64,000 nucleotides of DNA from Gammaproteobacteria bacterium (lineage in GTDB: Bacteria > Pseudomonadota > Gammaproteobacteria > Ga0077536): positions 832,001-896,000 of the forward strand of contig CAXXLL010000003.1 of NCBI GenBank assembly GCA_963662545.2, written 5' to 3'. The notes beneath the pieces were generated by a model, which saw nothing but the letters and a program-made list of their open reading frames with translations, was not told where the DNA came from and did no database searches. Each line of letters opens with the position of its first letter. The first letter of the stretch is position 1. A program made the position numbers and the translations under genes. Positions 43,932-55,090 of this stretch are shown piece after piece.

Positions 43932-44196
43932 GACGGTACTAGTTTCAACATACCAGTAAAACACTATCGAACTTCGCTGCGAGCAATGTAGCGTTTCGGG
44001 GCTGCTCAATCCATCAGCAGGCGGGTAACAACCCGTATTTTTCGCGGGCGTGCTTCCACTATAGGAATGTACCGGCATTCATGAAGTACATAAGCCCTTG
44101 ATGGAAGGAACCCGGTCAAGTCGAGTGACCGCTCGATAGTCGACCTCGACTTCAGCTTGCCGCAGATACCAGCACAAGCACGGCGCAATACGATAT

Positions 44197-44553
44197 TCAA
44201 TCGTGCTCGCCCCGCTCTATGATGACCCCGATGTCCCTAACGTGCCGAACGACACCCTGCTTGTTGATCTGCACCCGTATCCAACCCACATTGAATTCTT
44301 TGAGCACGATCGCGGCGATCTGGCCAGCAAGCGCTTCGATCAAGTGGAAATCACTTCCGGCTGTAAAATCGATCACGCGATCGGCGACGGCCTTGTAGTC
44401 GACAGTATCGACGATGTCGTCGGTTTCGCCCGGGCGAGAAACATCCACGCCCAGATCGATATCGATGAGCAGGGTTTGGCGAATACGGCGTTCCCACTCC
44501 CACACACCGATGACCGTTTCGACCCGCAGATTGTGAAGATAAATGATATCCAT
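44197..44553 (-). CDS. folB: Dihydroneopterin aldolase
   Basis: MDIIYL, IGVWEWER, VDY, LIEALA, GVIIERG; divergent from plsY. Confidence 0.95.
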   Translation of the reverse strand: MDIIYLHNLRVETVIGVWEWERRIRQTLLIDIDLGVDVSRPGETDDIVDTVDYKAVADRVIDFTAGSDFHLIEALAGQIAAIVLKEFNVGWIRVQINKQGVVRHVRDIGVIIERGEHD

Positions 44554-44601
44554 TCTTCGCAGCGCCTCGATTGACGCGCGATGTTAACAAAGTTGCCCCT
44601 A

Positions 44602-44989
44602 GCCGCCTGCCGGACTTAGGAAGAACAGACTCGGCAATTGCTCCTGTATTGCTCTCGGCTCTGGCTTCCTGCTTCGCTCTACCTCCCCCATCTCTGGGGT
44701 CGTACCTCCTGCATCTATGCAGTCGTACGGCGTTGGGATAGCGGTCTGAGAGGCGCCATGGCTTTGTCCGGCGCGTCCCTGCGCTTCTCCCCTGCGGGGC
44801 TGCGCGAAGATTCGTTCCCGACGAATTTTTGTTCAGCGCGTCCCTGCGCTTCTCCCCTGCGGGGCTACGCGAAAATTCGTTCCCGACGAATTTTTCGTTA
44901 AATAGCCCCACTATTCGCCTCAAACCATGATACCTCTCAGCCCGCTCTCCCAACCGCCTCGCTATGATTCCCTAAGTCCGACAGGCTGC
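44602..44989. mobile_element. MITE family A, copy 3 (388 bp), expanded by nested insertions
   Basis: Family-A TIRs; nested modules at 44631-44726 and a 2x65-bp tandem at about 44763-44895. Confidence 0.82.
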
Positions 44990-45022
44990 TAGCTTGAACC
45001 ATCGCGTCTCATCAGTTGGAAT

Positions 45023-45622
45023 ATGATCGTGACCGTACTCGTCTTTCTTATCGTCGGCGGCTATCTTCTGGGATCAGTTTCCACCGCGATCGTCGTGTGC
45101 AAGCTGCTGGGCGTGGCCGACCCGCGTGAGGTCGGCTCAGGCAACCCGGGCGCGACCAACGTATTGCGTCACGCCGGCAAACCCGCGGCCGCAGCTACCC
45201 TCCTCGGGGACGTCGGCAAGGGCGTCATCGCCGTCGCCGCGGGACACGCGCTCGGCATCGCCGCGCCGGGATTGACCTTCGTCGCATGCGCCGCGTTTCT
45301 CGGACATTTGTATCCAATCTATTACTCCTTTCGCGGTGGTAAAGGCGTCGCCACGTTCGTCGGCGTAAATCTCGCGCTCAATCCATGGATAGGGCTTTCT
45401 TTCATGGTCGTATGGTTGTCGATGGCCTTACTCATGGGCTATTCGTCGCTGGCCGCGCTAACGGCAGCAGCCGCGACGCCCCTCGTCGCGTTTTACCTCG
45501 GCGAACCGCCGATATCCGTGGGCGTACTCGCCGCCATGTCGTCCCTGGTCTTTTGGCGCCATCGCAGCAACATCAGCAATCTGGTAAAGGGCGGTGAGAA
45601 GAAAATCGGACAGAAAACCTAA
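45023..45622 (+). CDS. plsY: Glycerol-3-phosphate acyltransferase
   Basis: YLLGS, GSGNPGATNVLR, FRGGKGVAT, RHRSNI. Confidence 0.96.
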   Translation: MIVTVLVFLIVGGYLLGSVSTAIVVCKLLGVADPREVGSGNPGATNVLRHAGKPAAAATLLGDVGKGVIAVAAGHALGIAAPGLTFVACAAFLGHLYPIYYSFRGGKGVATFVGVNLALNPWIGLSFMVVWLSMALLMGYSSLAALTAAAATPLVAFYLGEPPISVGVLAAMSSLVFWRHRSNISNLVKGGEKKIGQKT

Positions 45623-45784
45623 GGAACCTGTGAATAGGTCATGGTGCGTCTGAATTGTTCATGCCATGGTGCAGATCAAGGCGCGAATCGCAGGCCATAG
45701 CGGGGATTAGGGCCAAGGTTCGTAACGTAAGACTCCGCGATTTCATGGGCAAGGCAGATGGGCCATGACTTATTCAGAAGTTCC
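45623..45784. mobile_element. MITE family B, copy 2 (162 bp)
   Basis: GGAACCTGTGAATA...TATTCAGAAGTTCC with CTAA TSD; the left CTAA contains the plsY stop codon. Confidence 0.82.
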
Positions 45785-45793
45785 CTAAGCCCT

Positions 45794-46831
45794 TCACGTC
45801 CGGAGCGGCGGTTCCAGTTCGGACATTGGCCATCGCGGGCGCACGCTGAATCCGGATCCGTCCTGCTGACCCGCATTCAACCGACGATAACCCACGTAGG
45901 CGATCATCGCGCCGTTGTCGGTCGCGTATTTCAACGGCGGAAAATGAATCGTCGCGGATAAATCGTCTGCGAGCGCGGTCAAGCGCGCCCGCAGTGCCGC
46001 GTTGGCGCTGACACCGCCCGCGACGACCAGTCGTTTGATTTCGGTTTGCTCGATCGCACGCCGGCACTTAATGGCCAAGGTGTCGACTACGGCATCACTG
46101 AAAGCGCGCGCGATATCGGCACGCGTCTTGTCCTCCGAAGTCGAATCACGGACTGTATTTAGGACGCAAGTTTTCAACCCGCTGAAGCTCAGATCGAGGC
46201 CCGGTCGATCGGTCATCGGTCTTGGGAATTGAAAACGCTCTGGATCGCCCCGCAGCGCCAGCGCTTCGACGGCCGGCCCCCCGGGATAACCGAGACCGAG
46301 CATCTTCGCGACCTTGTCGAACGCTTCGCCGGCAGCGTCGTCCAAGGATTCACCCAGGATTTCGTAGCATCCCAATCCGCCCACCTTTACGAACATCGTG
46401 TGCCCGCCGGAAACGAGTAATGCGAGAAAGGGCGGCTCCGGCCCGTCTTCCACCATCATGGGCGCCAGTAAATGGCCCTCCATGTGGTGTACCCCCAAGG
46501 CTGGCACGTCCAGAGACCAGGCCAGCGATCGGGCAAATCCCGCACCGACCAGCAGCGCCCCGGCCAGTCCGGGACCGGCGGTATAAGCAACGCCGTCGAG
46601 ATCGGCGGGCCTCAGGCTGGCATCAGCCAGGGCCTCTTCGAGTAGCGGCGCCAGCTTGCGTACGTGATCGCGCGAAGCGAGCTCCGGAACGACGCCGCCG
46701 TAGCGCGCATGGATATCGACCTGGCTGTAGATGCGCTCGACGACAATGCCGGAGCCCTTTTGATACACCGCAATGCCCGTTTCATCGCAGCTGGTTTCGA
46801 CGCCTAATACTCGCACGGTCAGATCCGCCAC
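45794..46831 (-). CDS. tsaD: tRNA N6-adenosine threonylcarbamoyltransferase
   Basis: [40 protein letters not shown]. Confidence 0.97.
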   Translation of the reverse strand: MADLTVRVLGVETSCDETGIAVYQKGSGIVVERIYSQVDIHARYGGVVPELASRDHVRKLAPLLEEALADASLRPADLDGVAYTAGPGLAGALLVGAGFARSLAWSLDVPALGVHHMEGHLLAPMMVEDGPEPPFLALLVSGGHTMFVKVGGLGCYEILGESLDDAAGEAFDKVAKMLGLGYPGGPAVEALALRGDPERFQFPRPMTDRPGLDLSFSGLKTCVLNTVRDSTSEDKTRADIARAFSDAVVDTLAIKCRRAIEQTEIKRLVVAGGVSANAALRARLTALADDLSATIHFPPLKYATDNGAMIAYVGYRRLNAGQQDGSGFSVRPRWPMSELEPPLRT

Positions 46832-46926
46832 TCCAAATAGCAGTCATCGACTTCGTTATCAATCGACATTATAATTCGCTGTTACCTTTCTAGAATAGCC
46901 GTAACAATAGAAACCGAGTTCGAAGT

Positions 46927-47142
46927 ATGCCGACCGTTCGTGTTAGAGAAAATGAACCGTTTGACATCGCCATCAGGCGTTTCAAACGGGCCTGCGAAAA
47001 AGCCGGAGTGCTCGCAGAAGTCCACCGTCGTGAATATTACGAGAAGCCAACACAGGTTAGAAAGCGAAAAGCTGCTGCTGCCGTCAAGCGCTGGCAGAAA
47101 AAAGCGGCCCGGTCGATGCTGCGGCGTACACGGCCTTATTGA
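46927..47142 (+). CDS. rpsU: 30S ribosomal protein S21
   Basis: [28 protein letters not shown]. Confidence 0.98.
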   Translation: MPTVRVRENEPFDIAIRRFKRACEKAGVLAEVHRREYYEKPTQVRKRKAAAAVKRWQKKAARSMLRRTRPY

Positions 47143-47609
47143 GTGAACCCCACCATTTGAGCGTGCCGTTCAAAGAGCGTCTGAATCAAGACGTAATAAC
47201 CGCGCTCAAAGCCCGCGAGAAAGTAAAGCTGAAGGCCCTGCGGCTTATTCTCGCCGCGGCCAAGCAGTTCGAAATCGATAACCGCGCCGAACTCGATGAC
47301 GAGGCGGCGGTTGGGTTGTTGACAAAAATGGCGAAGCAGCGCCGTGAATCGATCGCTCAGTTCGAACCAGCTGGGCGTAGCGACCTGGTCGAGATCGAGC
47401 GCTTCGAACTCGATCTCATCAACGGCTATCTGCCTGAACAACTATCGGATGACGAAGTCGACGCCCGTATCGAGGCCGCTATCGCCACTACCGGTGCGAC
47501 CAGCATGCGGGACATGGGTAAGGTCATGGGCCACCTGCAGGCCAAGCTCAAGGGACGCGTGGACATGGCCGAGGTCAGCGCCAGGGTGAAATCCCGCTTG
47601 AGCGCCTGA
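47139..47609 (+). CDS. GatB/YqeY domain protein
   Basis: [24 protein letters not shown]. Confidence 0.92.
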   Translation: MSEPHHLSVPFKERLNQDVITALKAREKVKLKALRLILAAAKQFEIDNRAELDDEAAVGLLTKMAKQRRESIAQFEPAGRSDLVEIERFELDLINGYLPEQLSDDEVDARIEAAIATTGATSMRDMGKVMGHLQAKLKGRVDMAEVSARVKSRLSA

Positions 47610-47674
47610 ATTTCGTAGCTCCTGGTGCAGCACCGCTTCTGCCAGCGCCCTGCACTGCTTAAAATCCCGGGCTA

Positions 47675-47882
47675 GGAGCCTGTATGGCATAGGGAATCGT
47701 AGCGAGGCGAGAGGGAAATCGAGGCCGGCTTTTCGATCATTTGAGGCGAATAGCGGTGACTATTTAACGAACATGATCGGAAAGATGGACCGATTTCCCG
47801 CCGCCGTACGACTGCATGGATGCAGGAGGTAGAGCAATGCAGGAGCAATTGCCGAGTAGATTCCCTATGCCATACAGGCTCC
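47675..47882. mobile_element. MITE family A variant (208 bp) with altered TIRs and one inserted module
   Basis: TIRs GGAGCCTGTATGGCATAGGGA / TCCCTATGCCATACAGGCTCC; shares the TTTGAGGCGAATAG..CTATTTAACGA core. Confidence 0.8.
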
Positions 47883-47903
47883 AAATAGTCGGCGTGAACT
47901 GAT

Positions 47904-49658
47904 ATGGCGGGCCGTATCCCGGAACATTTTATCGACGATCTACTGACCCGAGTCGATGTCGTCGACCTCATTGAATCTCACCTGCCGCTGCGGAAGGCGG
48001 GTCGGGACTTCCAGACATTGTGTCCGTTTCACGACGAGAAAACCCCATCATTCACGATCAGCCGGGAAAAGCAGTTCTATCATTGCTTTGGCTGTGGCGC
48101 CCACGGTTCGGCGATCGGATTTTTGATGAATTATCGAAACCTCGAGTTCGTCGAGGCGGTGGAAGAACTCGCCCAAATCGCCGGGTTAGAGGTGCCACGG
48201 GAAGCCGGCCGCGAACGGGCCGCACCAACGCGCGAGGTCTTTAAATTGCTGGAGGAGGCGCGCGACTACTACGAAATCCAGTTACGCCAACATGCTGATC
48301 GCGACCGTATCGTCGACTATCTGAAAGCACGTGAGATCAGCGGTCAGATCGCCAAGAAATTCCACCTCGGTTTCGCGCCGCCCGGATGGAGCAATCTCCT
48401 CGAGGCGATGTCGGCCCACGGCGCCGGCGAGGAGCAACTCGAACGGGCCGGTCTCGTCATTCGCCGCGAGCACGGTGGCTATTACGACCGCTTCCGCGAA
48501 CGCATCATATTCCCCATTCACGATCGCAGAGGGCGCGTGATCGGTTTTGGCGGGCGGATCATCGACGCGGGCGAGCCAAAATACCTGAACTCCCCGGAAA
48601 CGGAAGTATTTCACAAGGGGCGTGAACTCTACGGCTTGCACGAAGCGCTCGATGCACGCGGGGCGCTGACCGAGCTGATCGTGGTGGAAGGGTACATGGA
48701 TGTCATCGCCTTGCATCAGCACGGCATGAACAACGTCGTCGCAACCCTCGGCACCGCCGTCACTTCGGATCATCTCGACCAGTTGTACCGCCACGTGCCG
48801 GAAATCGTCTTCTGTTTCGACGGCGATGCGGCGGGCGCGCGCGCCGCGTGGAAAGCCCTCGAAATCACGCTGCCCCTGATGGAGGGGAATCGCCAGGTGA
48901 GATTCGCATTCCTGCCCGATGGCCATGACCCGGACTCCGCCGTTCGCGAGCACGGCGCCGACGGCTTGTTCCGCGTTTCGAAGATGTTCGGGCTGTCCGA
49001 ATACCTGTTGGACAAGCTCAAATCGGAAGTGGACCTGGCCAGCGGCGAGGGGCGCGCCCGCCTCGTCGCTCGGGCCAAACCCTATCTACTCAAGATTCCG
49101 GGCGAGGGGCATCGCGGCGCGGGTATTCGACTCCTTCATCAATTGACGCAAATCGACGAACGCATGATTCGACAGGATCTGTTCAAAGGAATGCGTCGGT
49201 TCGATCACACTCCCCCACGAGGCGGCCTGGTCAAGTTCACCACGCGCACGCTGGAGGAACACGTCCTCGCGCTGCTGTTGCAGCGCCCGTCTCTCGCACA
49301 GCTTCTCGATGCCGACACCGCGGAATTTCTCGAACGTGAACTCGATGACAGCACCCTCTTGCTGCAAACGTGGAGAACCGTCGAAACGCTAAGCAATGCC
49401 ACGACTGCGGGCATTCTCGAGCGATGGCGGGGCCGGGAACATGAAGGACAGCTCGCGGAACTTGCGGCGTGCGATCTAAACCTTGTGGACGAGGCGATGG
49501 AAACCGAGCTCAAGGACGCCCTCGTACGCTTGACGGCAAAAGCAGAAGACCGGCGTTTCCGTCGCCTCACCGCGATTCCTCTGCACGAACTGACCGACGA
49601 GCAGAAAGAGATCGTCAGAAGTTATCACCGGGAAGGATCCGGGCGCCCCACCCCCTGA
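47904..49658 (+). CDS. dnaG: DNA primase
   Basis: CPFHDEKTPSF zinc finger, PKYLNSPET, VEGYMDV, FDGD TOPRIM. Confidence 0.97.
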   Translation: MAGRIPEHFIDDLLTRVDVVDLIESHLPLRKAGRDFQTLCPFHDEKTPSFTISREKQFYHCFGCGAHGSAIGFLMNYRNLEFVEAVEELAQIAGLEVPREAGRERAAPTREVFKLLEEARDYYEIQLRQHADRDRIVDYLKAREISGQIAKKFHLGFAPPGWSNLLEAMSAHGAGEEQLERAGLVIRREHGGYYDRFRERIIFPIHDRRGRVIGFGGRIIDAGEPKYLNSPETEVFHKGRELYGLHEALDARGALTELIVVEGYMDVIALHQHGMNNVVATLGTAVTSDHLDQLYRHVPEIVFCFDGDAAGARAAWKALEITLPLMEGNRQVRFAFLPDGHDPDSAVREHGADGLFRVSKMFGLSEYLLDKLKSEVDLASGEGRARLVARAKPYLLKIPGEGHRGAGIRLLHQLTQIDERMIRQDLFKGMRRFDHTPPRGGLVKFTTRTLEEHVLALLLQRPSLAQLLDADTAEFLERELDDSTLLLQTWRTVETLSNATTAGILERWRGREHEGQLAELAACDLNLVDEAMETELKDALVRLTAKAEDRRFRRLTAIPLHELTDEQKEIVRSYHREGSGRPTP

Positions 49659-49950
49659 TAAAGTCGCGGGGATTCAGGCCGCTTCGCTGCCGAGGGGCAT
49701 CCCAAAGGCAAATTCTTGTCTGATACGACGGCCCGATCGCACTTCACGGTGATACCGATGCCTAGGCTCCGCTGGCCATGCTGCCTCATTCCGGCCTATA
49801 ATAATCGGTCGTTCTGTTGCGTTTGCGCAACTAGCGATTTCCCCACTTTATACTAAACTTTCAATGGTCAACATAACTCGTTGACTCTAAAAAGGCTGTT
49901 TTAGATTGACCAAAGAAGCAAAAATTTTGACCAAGGGTAAGCAAGAATCG

Positions 49951-51771
49951 ATGGAAGCATTGGACGAAATCGATAAATCGGGCCAACAATCCCAGCTCAA
50001 ACTGCTCATTTCGAAAGGCAAAGAGCAGGGTTTCCTGACCTATCACGAGGTCAACGACCATTTGCCGAACGATATCGTCGATCCCGAACAGATCGAAGAT
50101 ATCATCAACATGATCAACGACATGGGGATCAAGGTTCACGAGACGCCGCCCGATCTCGATGCCATGCTGTTGAACGACAATGACGTCGATGAGGAAGCCG
50201 CCGAAGAAGCAGCTGCGGCGCTCGCGGCGGTCGATAATGAGTTCGGGCGAACCACTGACCCCGTGCGTATGTACATGCGCGAAATGGGGACCGTGGACCT
50301 GTTGACCCGCGAGGGCGAAATAAAAATCGCCAAGCGAATCGAAGATGGATTGAACCAGGTTCTGTCCGCTCTCACCGATTTCCCGACAGTCTCTGAACGC
50401 TTTCTTGCTGAATACGCGAGGGCCGAGGCCGGTGAGATCAAGATCACCGATATTATGAGCGGTTTCATCGATTACAGCGCTGAAACCGTAATCCCGCAAC
50501 CACGACAACCATCGGATTCGACCGATTCTTCGGACAAAGATGACGATGATGACGGGCCGCCCGCCCTCGATCCGGAGGAAGTCGCTGAACGGTTCGCCCA
50601 ATACGCCAAGATCTTCAAGAAGGTACAGAATTCGACCAAGCGTAACGGCCGCAACCACAAACGGACTGAAACGCTGCGCACGGAGCTTCAGGACAAGTTC
50701 CTCGAGTTCAAACTCGTTCCGAAAATAACCGACAAACTGACGAGACATGTTCGCGGGATCGTCAATGAAATTCGCCGCCAGGAAAAAACCATCCTGGAAA
50801 TCTGCGTCAAGCAGTGCCGCATGCCGCGCAAGGATTTTCTGGGCGTATTTATCGATGCCGAAAGCAATCCCAAATGGCTGCGCTCAGTCGTACGCCAGAA
50901 GAAGCCCTATGCAAGCGCGCTCAAGAAATGGCAGCCGGATATCCAGGCGGCTCAGAAGCGGCTGCTGGAAATCGAAGAAAACAACGCCGTTACGATAGGC
51001 GCGATCAAGGACATCAATCGCCGCATGTCGATCGGCGAGGCGAAAGCGCGGCGCGCCAAAAAGGAAATGGTCGAGGCCAATCTACGCCTGGTGATATCCA
51101 TCGCCAAGAAATACACGAACCGCGGCCTCTTGTTTCTTGATCTGATACAGGAGGGCAATATCGGCCTGATGAAAGCGGTCGACAAGTTCGAATACCGTCG
51201 CGGCTATAAATTTTCGACTTATGCGACCTGGTGGATCAGGCAGGCCATTACGCGTTCGATCGCCGATCAGGCGCGCACGATTCGAATTCCGGTCCACATG
51301 ATCGAGACGATTAACAAGCTCAACCGCATTTCCCGGCAGATCCTTCAAGAGAAAGGTCGTGAGCCGACGCCCGAGGAACTGGCCGATCGCATGGAGATGC
51401 CCGAGGACAAGATCCGAAAGGTACTGAAGATCGCCAAGGAACCGATCTCGATGGAGACGCCCATCGGCGACGACGAAGATTCTCACCTGGGCGATTTCAT
51501 CGAAGACCAGAATATCGACGCCCCGGTCGATTCAGCGACGTTCGAAGGCCTCTGCCGAAGTACGCGCGAGGTCCTCGCGGGCCTGACGCAGCGCGAGGCG
51601 AAAGTGCTGAGAATGCGCTTCGGCATCAATATGAATACGGATCACACGCTCGAGGAAGTCGGCAAGCAGTTCGACGTAACGCGTGAACGGATTCGACAGA
51701 TAGAAGCCAAGGCGCTGCGCAAGTTGCGCCATCCGTCGCGTTCGGAACGGTTGAGAACCTTTCTCGACTGA
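49951..51771 (+). CDS. rpoD: RNA polymerase sigma factor RpoD
   Basis: [45 protein letters not shown]. Confidence 0.98.
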   Translation: MEALDEIDKSGQQSQLKLLISKGKEQGFLTYHEVNDHLPNDIVDPEQIEDIINMINDMGIKVHETPPDLDAMLLNDNDVDEEAAEEAAAALAAVDNEFGRTTDPVRMYMREMGTVDLLTREGEIKIAKRIEDGLNQVLSALTDFPTVSERFLAEYARAEAGEIKITDIMSGFIDYSAETVIPQPRQPSDSTDSSDKDDDDDGPPALDPEEVAERFAQYAKIFKKVQNSTKRNGRNHKRTETLRTELQDKFLEFKLVPKITDKLTRHVRGIVNEIRRQEKTILEICVKQCRMPRKDFLGVFIDAESNPKWLRSVVRQKKPYASALKKWQPDIQAAQKRLLEIEENNAVTIGAIKDINRRMSIGEAKARRAKKEMVEANLRLVISIAKKYTNRGLLFLDLIQEGNIGLMKAVDKFEYRRGYKFSTYATWWIRQAITRSIADQARTIRIPVHMIETINKLNRISRQILQEKGREPTPEELADRMEMPEDKIRKVLKIAKEPISMETPIGDDEDSHLGDFIEDQNIDAPVDSATFEGLCRSTREVLAGLTQREAKVLRMRFGINMNTDHTLEEVGKQFDVTRERIRQIEAKALRKLRHPSRSERLRTFLD

Positions 51772-51796
51772 AGAAAGATTACGATATGGACGTTCT

Positions 51797-51827
51797 GCGG
51801 GAGGCCAAGGCCTCCCGCTTTTCATTT
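51797..51827 (+). terminator. Putative rho-independent terminator after rpoD
   Basis: GCGGGAGGCC-AA-GGCCTCCCGC-TTTTCATTT. Confidence 0.75.
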
Positions 51828-51922
51828 GGGGGATAATGATCCAATCGTGCCGTATTTAGATTTCGGACACCTTATGTTCAAGCCTATCGCTTTCTGCTCT
51901 AAACTCCGCACAATCATTTTTG

Positions 51923-51999
<77 letters not shown>

Positions 52000-52112
52000 C
52001 TCCGCCGTCCACGGGCGTCCGAGAGAGTCCAAAGGCTTCCAAATACTAGCTAAAATACAGCTAGTTAACCTCCAAATAGGTCCGGGGCTGTCCATTGACA
52101 GCCTATCCGCTG

Positions 52113-52173
52113 TGACGGTACCTTTGACGGTAACAGCGAATTTATGCCCCTTTTTTCTCGGGAGTTACCGTCA
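52113..52173. promoter_or_regulatory. Putative integrase arm-type sites
   Basis: TGACGGTA at 52113 and 52125, inverted copy TACCGTCA at 52166-52173 overlapping the integrase ATG. Confidence 0.6.
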
Positions 52174-53441
52174 TGCTGGACAAACTAGCCGACACTACCG
52201 TTAAGAACGCCAAGCCAAAAACCAAACCCTACAAACTGGCCGACGGCGGTGGGATGTACTTACTCATCACGCCGAAGGGCCAGAAGTGGTGGCGGCTGGA
52301 CTACCGACTCAACGGCAAGCGGAAGACTCTCAGTCTGGGTGTCTACCCCAACGTGAAGTTGAAGAAAGCCCGCAAGCGGCGAGAGGCGGCACGCGAAAGC
52401 ATAGACGACGGCCTGGACCCGTCTGACATACGCAAAGGAGAAAAAGCCGCCCGCGAGGGCACGGACACATTCAAAGCCGTAGCCGAAGAATGGTTCGCTA
52501 AGTGGAGAATCGGCAAAGCTCCCCACTACACGGAGAAGGTGCAAGGGCGGCTGAAAAATGACGTGTACCCCTGGCTTGGCGATACCGTCATTAACGACAT
52601 CCAGCCAAAGGACCTGCTGCGCGTCCTGCGCCGGGTGGAAAGCCGAGGGGCAGTCGAGTCAGGCCACCGCATTCGTCAACATTGCAGCGCTGTCTTTCGT
52701 TATGCCGTGGCGTCCGGGTACGCTGATCGCGATCCGATTCAAGACTTGCGCGGCGCTTTGCTACCAACAAAGCCGAAACATTACGCCAGCATTATTGAGC
52801 CGAAGAAAATAGGCGAGCTTCTCCGAGCCATAGACGCTTACGAAGGCCAACTCATTACCCGCTGCGCCCTTGCTCTCACCGCCTTAACTTTCGTCCGTCC
52901 CGGCGAGCTAAGGAAAGCCGAATGGAGCGAAATAGACTTTGAGACTACCCAATGGAGAATACCCGCCGAGAAAATGAAAATGGACAGGCCACACATTGTC
53001 CCCTTGTCTGAGCAAGCCCTAGAAATTCTGAAGGAAATAAAGCCGCTCACGGGTAGCGGACGCTTTCTGTTCCCTAGCATTCGCAGTCTCAAGCGTCCTA
53101 TGTCAGAAAATACCGTAACAGCTGCCCTGCGTGGCATGGGCTATTCGGGCGACGAAATGACAGCGCACGGTTTCCGCAGCATGGCGTCTACCCGCCTGAA
53201 TGAAATGGGTTGGAATACCGACGCGATAGAGCGCCAACTTGCGCACGTCGAAGGCAACACTGTAAAGGCTGCTTATAACTACGCCGAACACTTGGAAGAG
53301 AGGCGGCGAATGATGCAGGCGTGGGCGGACTATTTGGACGGCCTCCGAAGCGAAGCCGAAGTGGTGCCCATCCACGGTAGGTTTGACCCTGATTTCAAGA
53401 ATACATCCATGAAGCGCGCTAATTCACAAGTTAATTTCTGA
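52173..53441 (+). CDS. P4-like tyrosine integrase with arm-binding domain
   Basis: KPYKLADGGGMYL N-terminus; catalytic VRPGE, HGFR, QLAH, AAYN. Confidence 0.95.
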   Translation: MLDKLADTTVKNAKPKTKPYKLADGGGMYLLITPKGQKWWRLDYRLNGKRKTLSLGVYPNVKLKKARKRREAARESIDDGLDPSDIRKGEKAAREGTDTFKAVAEEWFAKWRIGKAPHYTEKVQGRLKNDVYPWLGDTVINDIQPKDLLRVLRRVESRGAVESGHRIRQHCSAVFRYAVASGYADRDPIQDLRGALLPTKPKHYASIIEPKKIGELLRAIDAYEGQLITRCALALTALTFVRPGELRKAEWSEIDFETTQWRIPAEKMKMDRPHIVPLSEQALEILKEIKPLTGSGRFLFPSIRSLKRPMSENTVTAALRGMGYSGDEMTAHGFRSMASTRLNEMGWNTDAIERQLAHVEGNTVKAAYNYAEHLEERRRMMQAWADYLDGLRSEAEVVPIHGRFDPDFKNTSMKRANSQVNF

Positions 53442-53893
53442 ATGCGTCAAGGTCAGTACAACCCAATGAATGAGCGCCCGCCCAGCACGCCATTAGAGCC
53501 TCTATTCAAAGAACTTGAGACCTCAAGTAAATGCACCTCCTTAATCGAGCGCCAAAGAAGAGCACTCGACGAGGTCGCTGACCATCTATCTGTCGGTGTT
53601 CAGCGCTTCCACGGCAGACAATGCCCCAAGTTAGGTATTCCTGATTCGGAGACCCAAGAATACGAAAGAATATTGTGCAGATTGGTCTTGCGCGTCCACC
53701 GCAACTTAGCTACCGAAAGGGCCGCACAGTTTCCGGCTCTGACGAAGTATCTGTGTGAATTTATCGACACGAGGCGAGTAATCGCAGATCGCGAAACTTT
53801 AATGAGAGCGGAGGCGTCACCGGGGCTTGAGGTTGGAATAAAGAAACTCCGCCCTGTCAAAGAATTACAGGTTTGGTTTTTCATTTTTGATCG

Positions 53894-55090
53894 TGTGGGT
53901 GGCGAATTCCTATTCATGCGGCGATGGGAGTCTGAAAAAGTCCATTGCAGTGTGATATCCATGAATAGTTACGGAGATTTGCGCGTCGAGGCTGGGGATC
54001 ACCGCTAGCCATTCCCGGTGTATCTCCGCCTAGCGAATGATGAACCCGCTCGCGGTTGTAGTACTGCCTGAAGTCGACGAGTTTTCGCTCAAGATCCTGA
54101 GTGTTCCAGAAGAAGATGTGGTCAAGGTATTCGCGACGGATCGTCCCGATCAGTCGCTCAACGAAGGGATGCGATTGCGGCGTATACGGGACGGTCTTAA
54201 TCTCGTCGACCCCAAGAATTTGTAAATTGGCTTGCCATCGGTGATACAGGAATAGCGGGTCATTGTCAGAACTGAGATAGTGCGGAACACCCTGGGTAGA
54301 AATGGCTGTATTGAACATGCGGCACAGGGCGAACCCATCGACATCGCCGGCTTGCACACCGAAGCCGATGATGCGACGGGTGAACTGGTCCATCACCACG
54401 AGCACCCAGTGGCTGTTCAGCAGAATAGATTCACACCGAAACAGATCAATGCTCCAGAGGCTGTCCTTGGTGTTTCCGAGGAAGGTCAACCAGGATGGCC
54501 CACCGTCGTTGGGCATTGGGCGGTAGTATTTGGCGAGGACACGCCTTACAAGGTCCTTGTCGATATCGATCCCGAACGTGTTGGCGATCTGCTGGGCGAT
54601 CCGGCGGCAGCCAAAGCGCGGGTTACGTTGTTTCAGTTCAACGATAGCTTGGATGAGTTCCGGTGATGGGCCCTTGGGACCTGGCTTTCCTTTTCTGCCC
54701 GATGAAAACAGGAGTCGATACTTTCGCTTCTTGAGGATGTCGTGAAATTTCAGAAGTGTCGATGGTCTGATAATCACGGCAGCCCGCTGAATACGGCGTG
54801 GACTGAGAAACAATGGCCAGAAGCCGACCAAGAATCGATCAAATACCGAGAGATTGGGTGCGCGTCGCCGAGAACGATTGATGACCAGGAGTTGCTGCTT
54901 CATGAGGAGGCTGTCGGCGACGACGGCCTTCGCACCACCGGGTCCCAGGAGTTTGGCGATGGTAGTAAATAAATGTGCGACGAGTACTAACAGGTCCTTC
55001 ATGGCCAGGGAGGTTAGGAAAGGTTGGCGTCAGGAACAAGACTGTCTCAGTTATCGTTTTCAGGTGAAAATTACGAATTCGCCACAGACA
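53894..55090 (-). mobile_element. IS481-like element with TGT..ACA ends
   Basis: TIRs TGTGGGTGGCGAATTC vs TGTCTGTGGCGAATTC (14/16); no TSD seen. Confidence 0.65.
53914..55002 (-). CDS. Integrase-core (rve) DDE transposase
   Basis: HTH NPRFGCRRI, WSIDLF, LSSDND, FVERLIGT, YYNRERVH. Confidence 0.85.
   Translation of the reverse strand: MKDLLVLVAHLFTTIAKLLGPGGAKAVVADSLLMKQQLLVINRSRRRAPNLSVFDRFLVGFWPLFLSPRRIQRAAVIIRPSTLLKFHDILKKRKYRLLFSSGRKGKPGPKGPSPELIQAIVELKQRNPRFGCRRIAQQIANTFGIDIDKDLVRRVLAKYYRPMPNDGGPSWLTFLGNTKDSLWSIDLFRCESILLNSHWVLVVMDQFTRRIIGFGVQAGDVDGFALCRMFNTAISTQGVPHYLSSDNDPLFLYHRWQANLQILGVDEIKTVPYTPQSHPFVERLIGTIRREYLDHIFFWNTQDLERKLVDFRQYYNRERVHHSLGGDTPGMASGDPQPRRANLRNYSWISHCNGLFQTPIAA

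Noticed and set aside
44351-44953. 200-aa ORF overlapping folB and MITE copy 3
   Set aside because: It is a translation of repeat DNA; the duplicated peptide mirrors the 65-bp tandem.
53442-54008. 188-aa ORF after the integrase
   Set aside because: It runs into the IS481-like element antisense to its transposase and has no recognisable motif.
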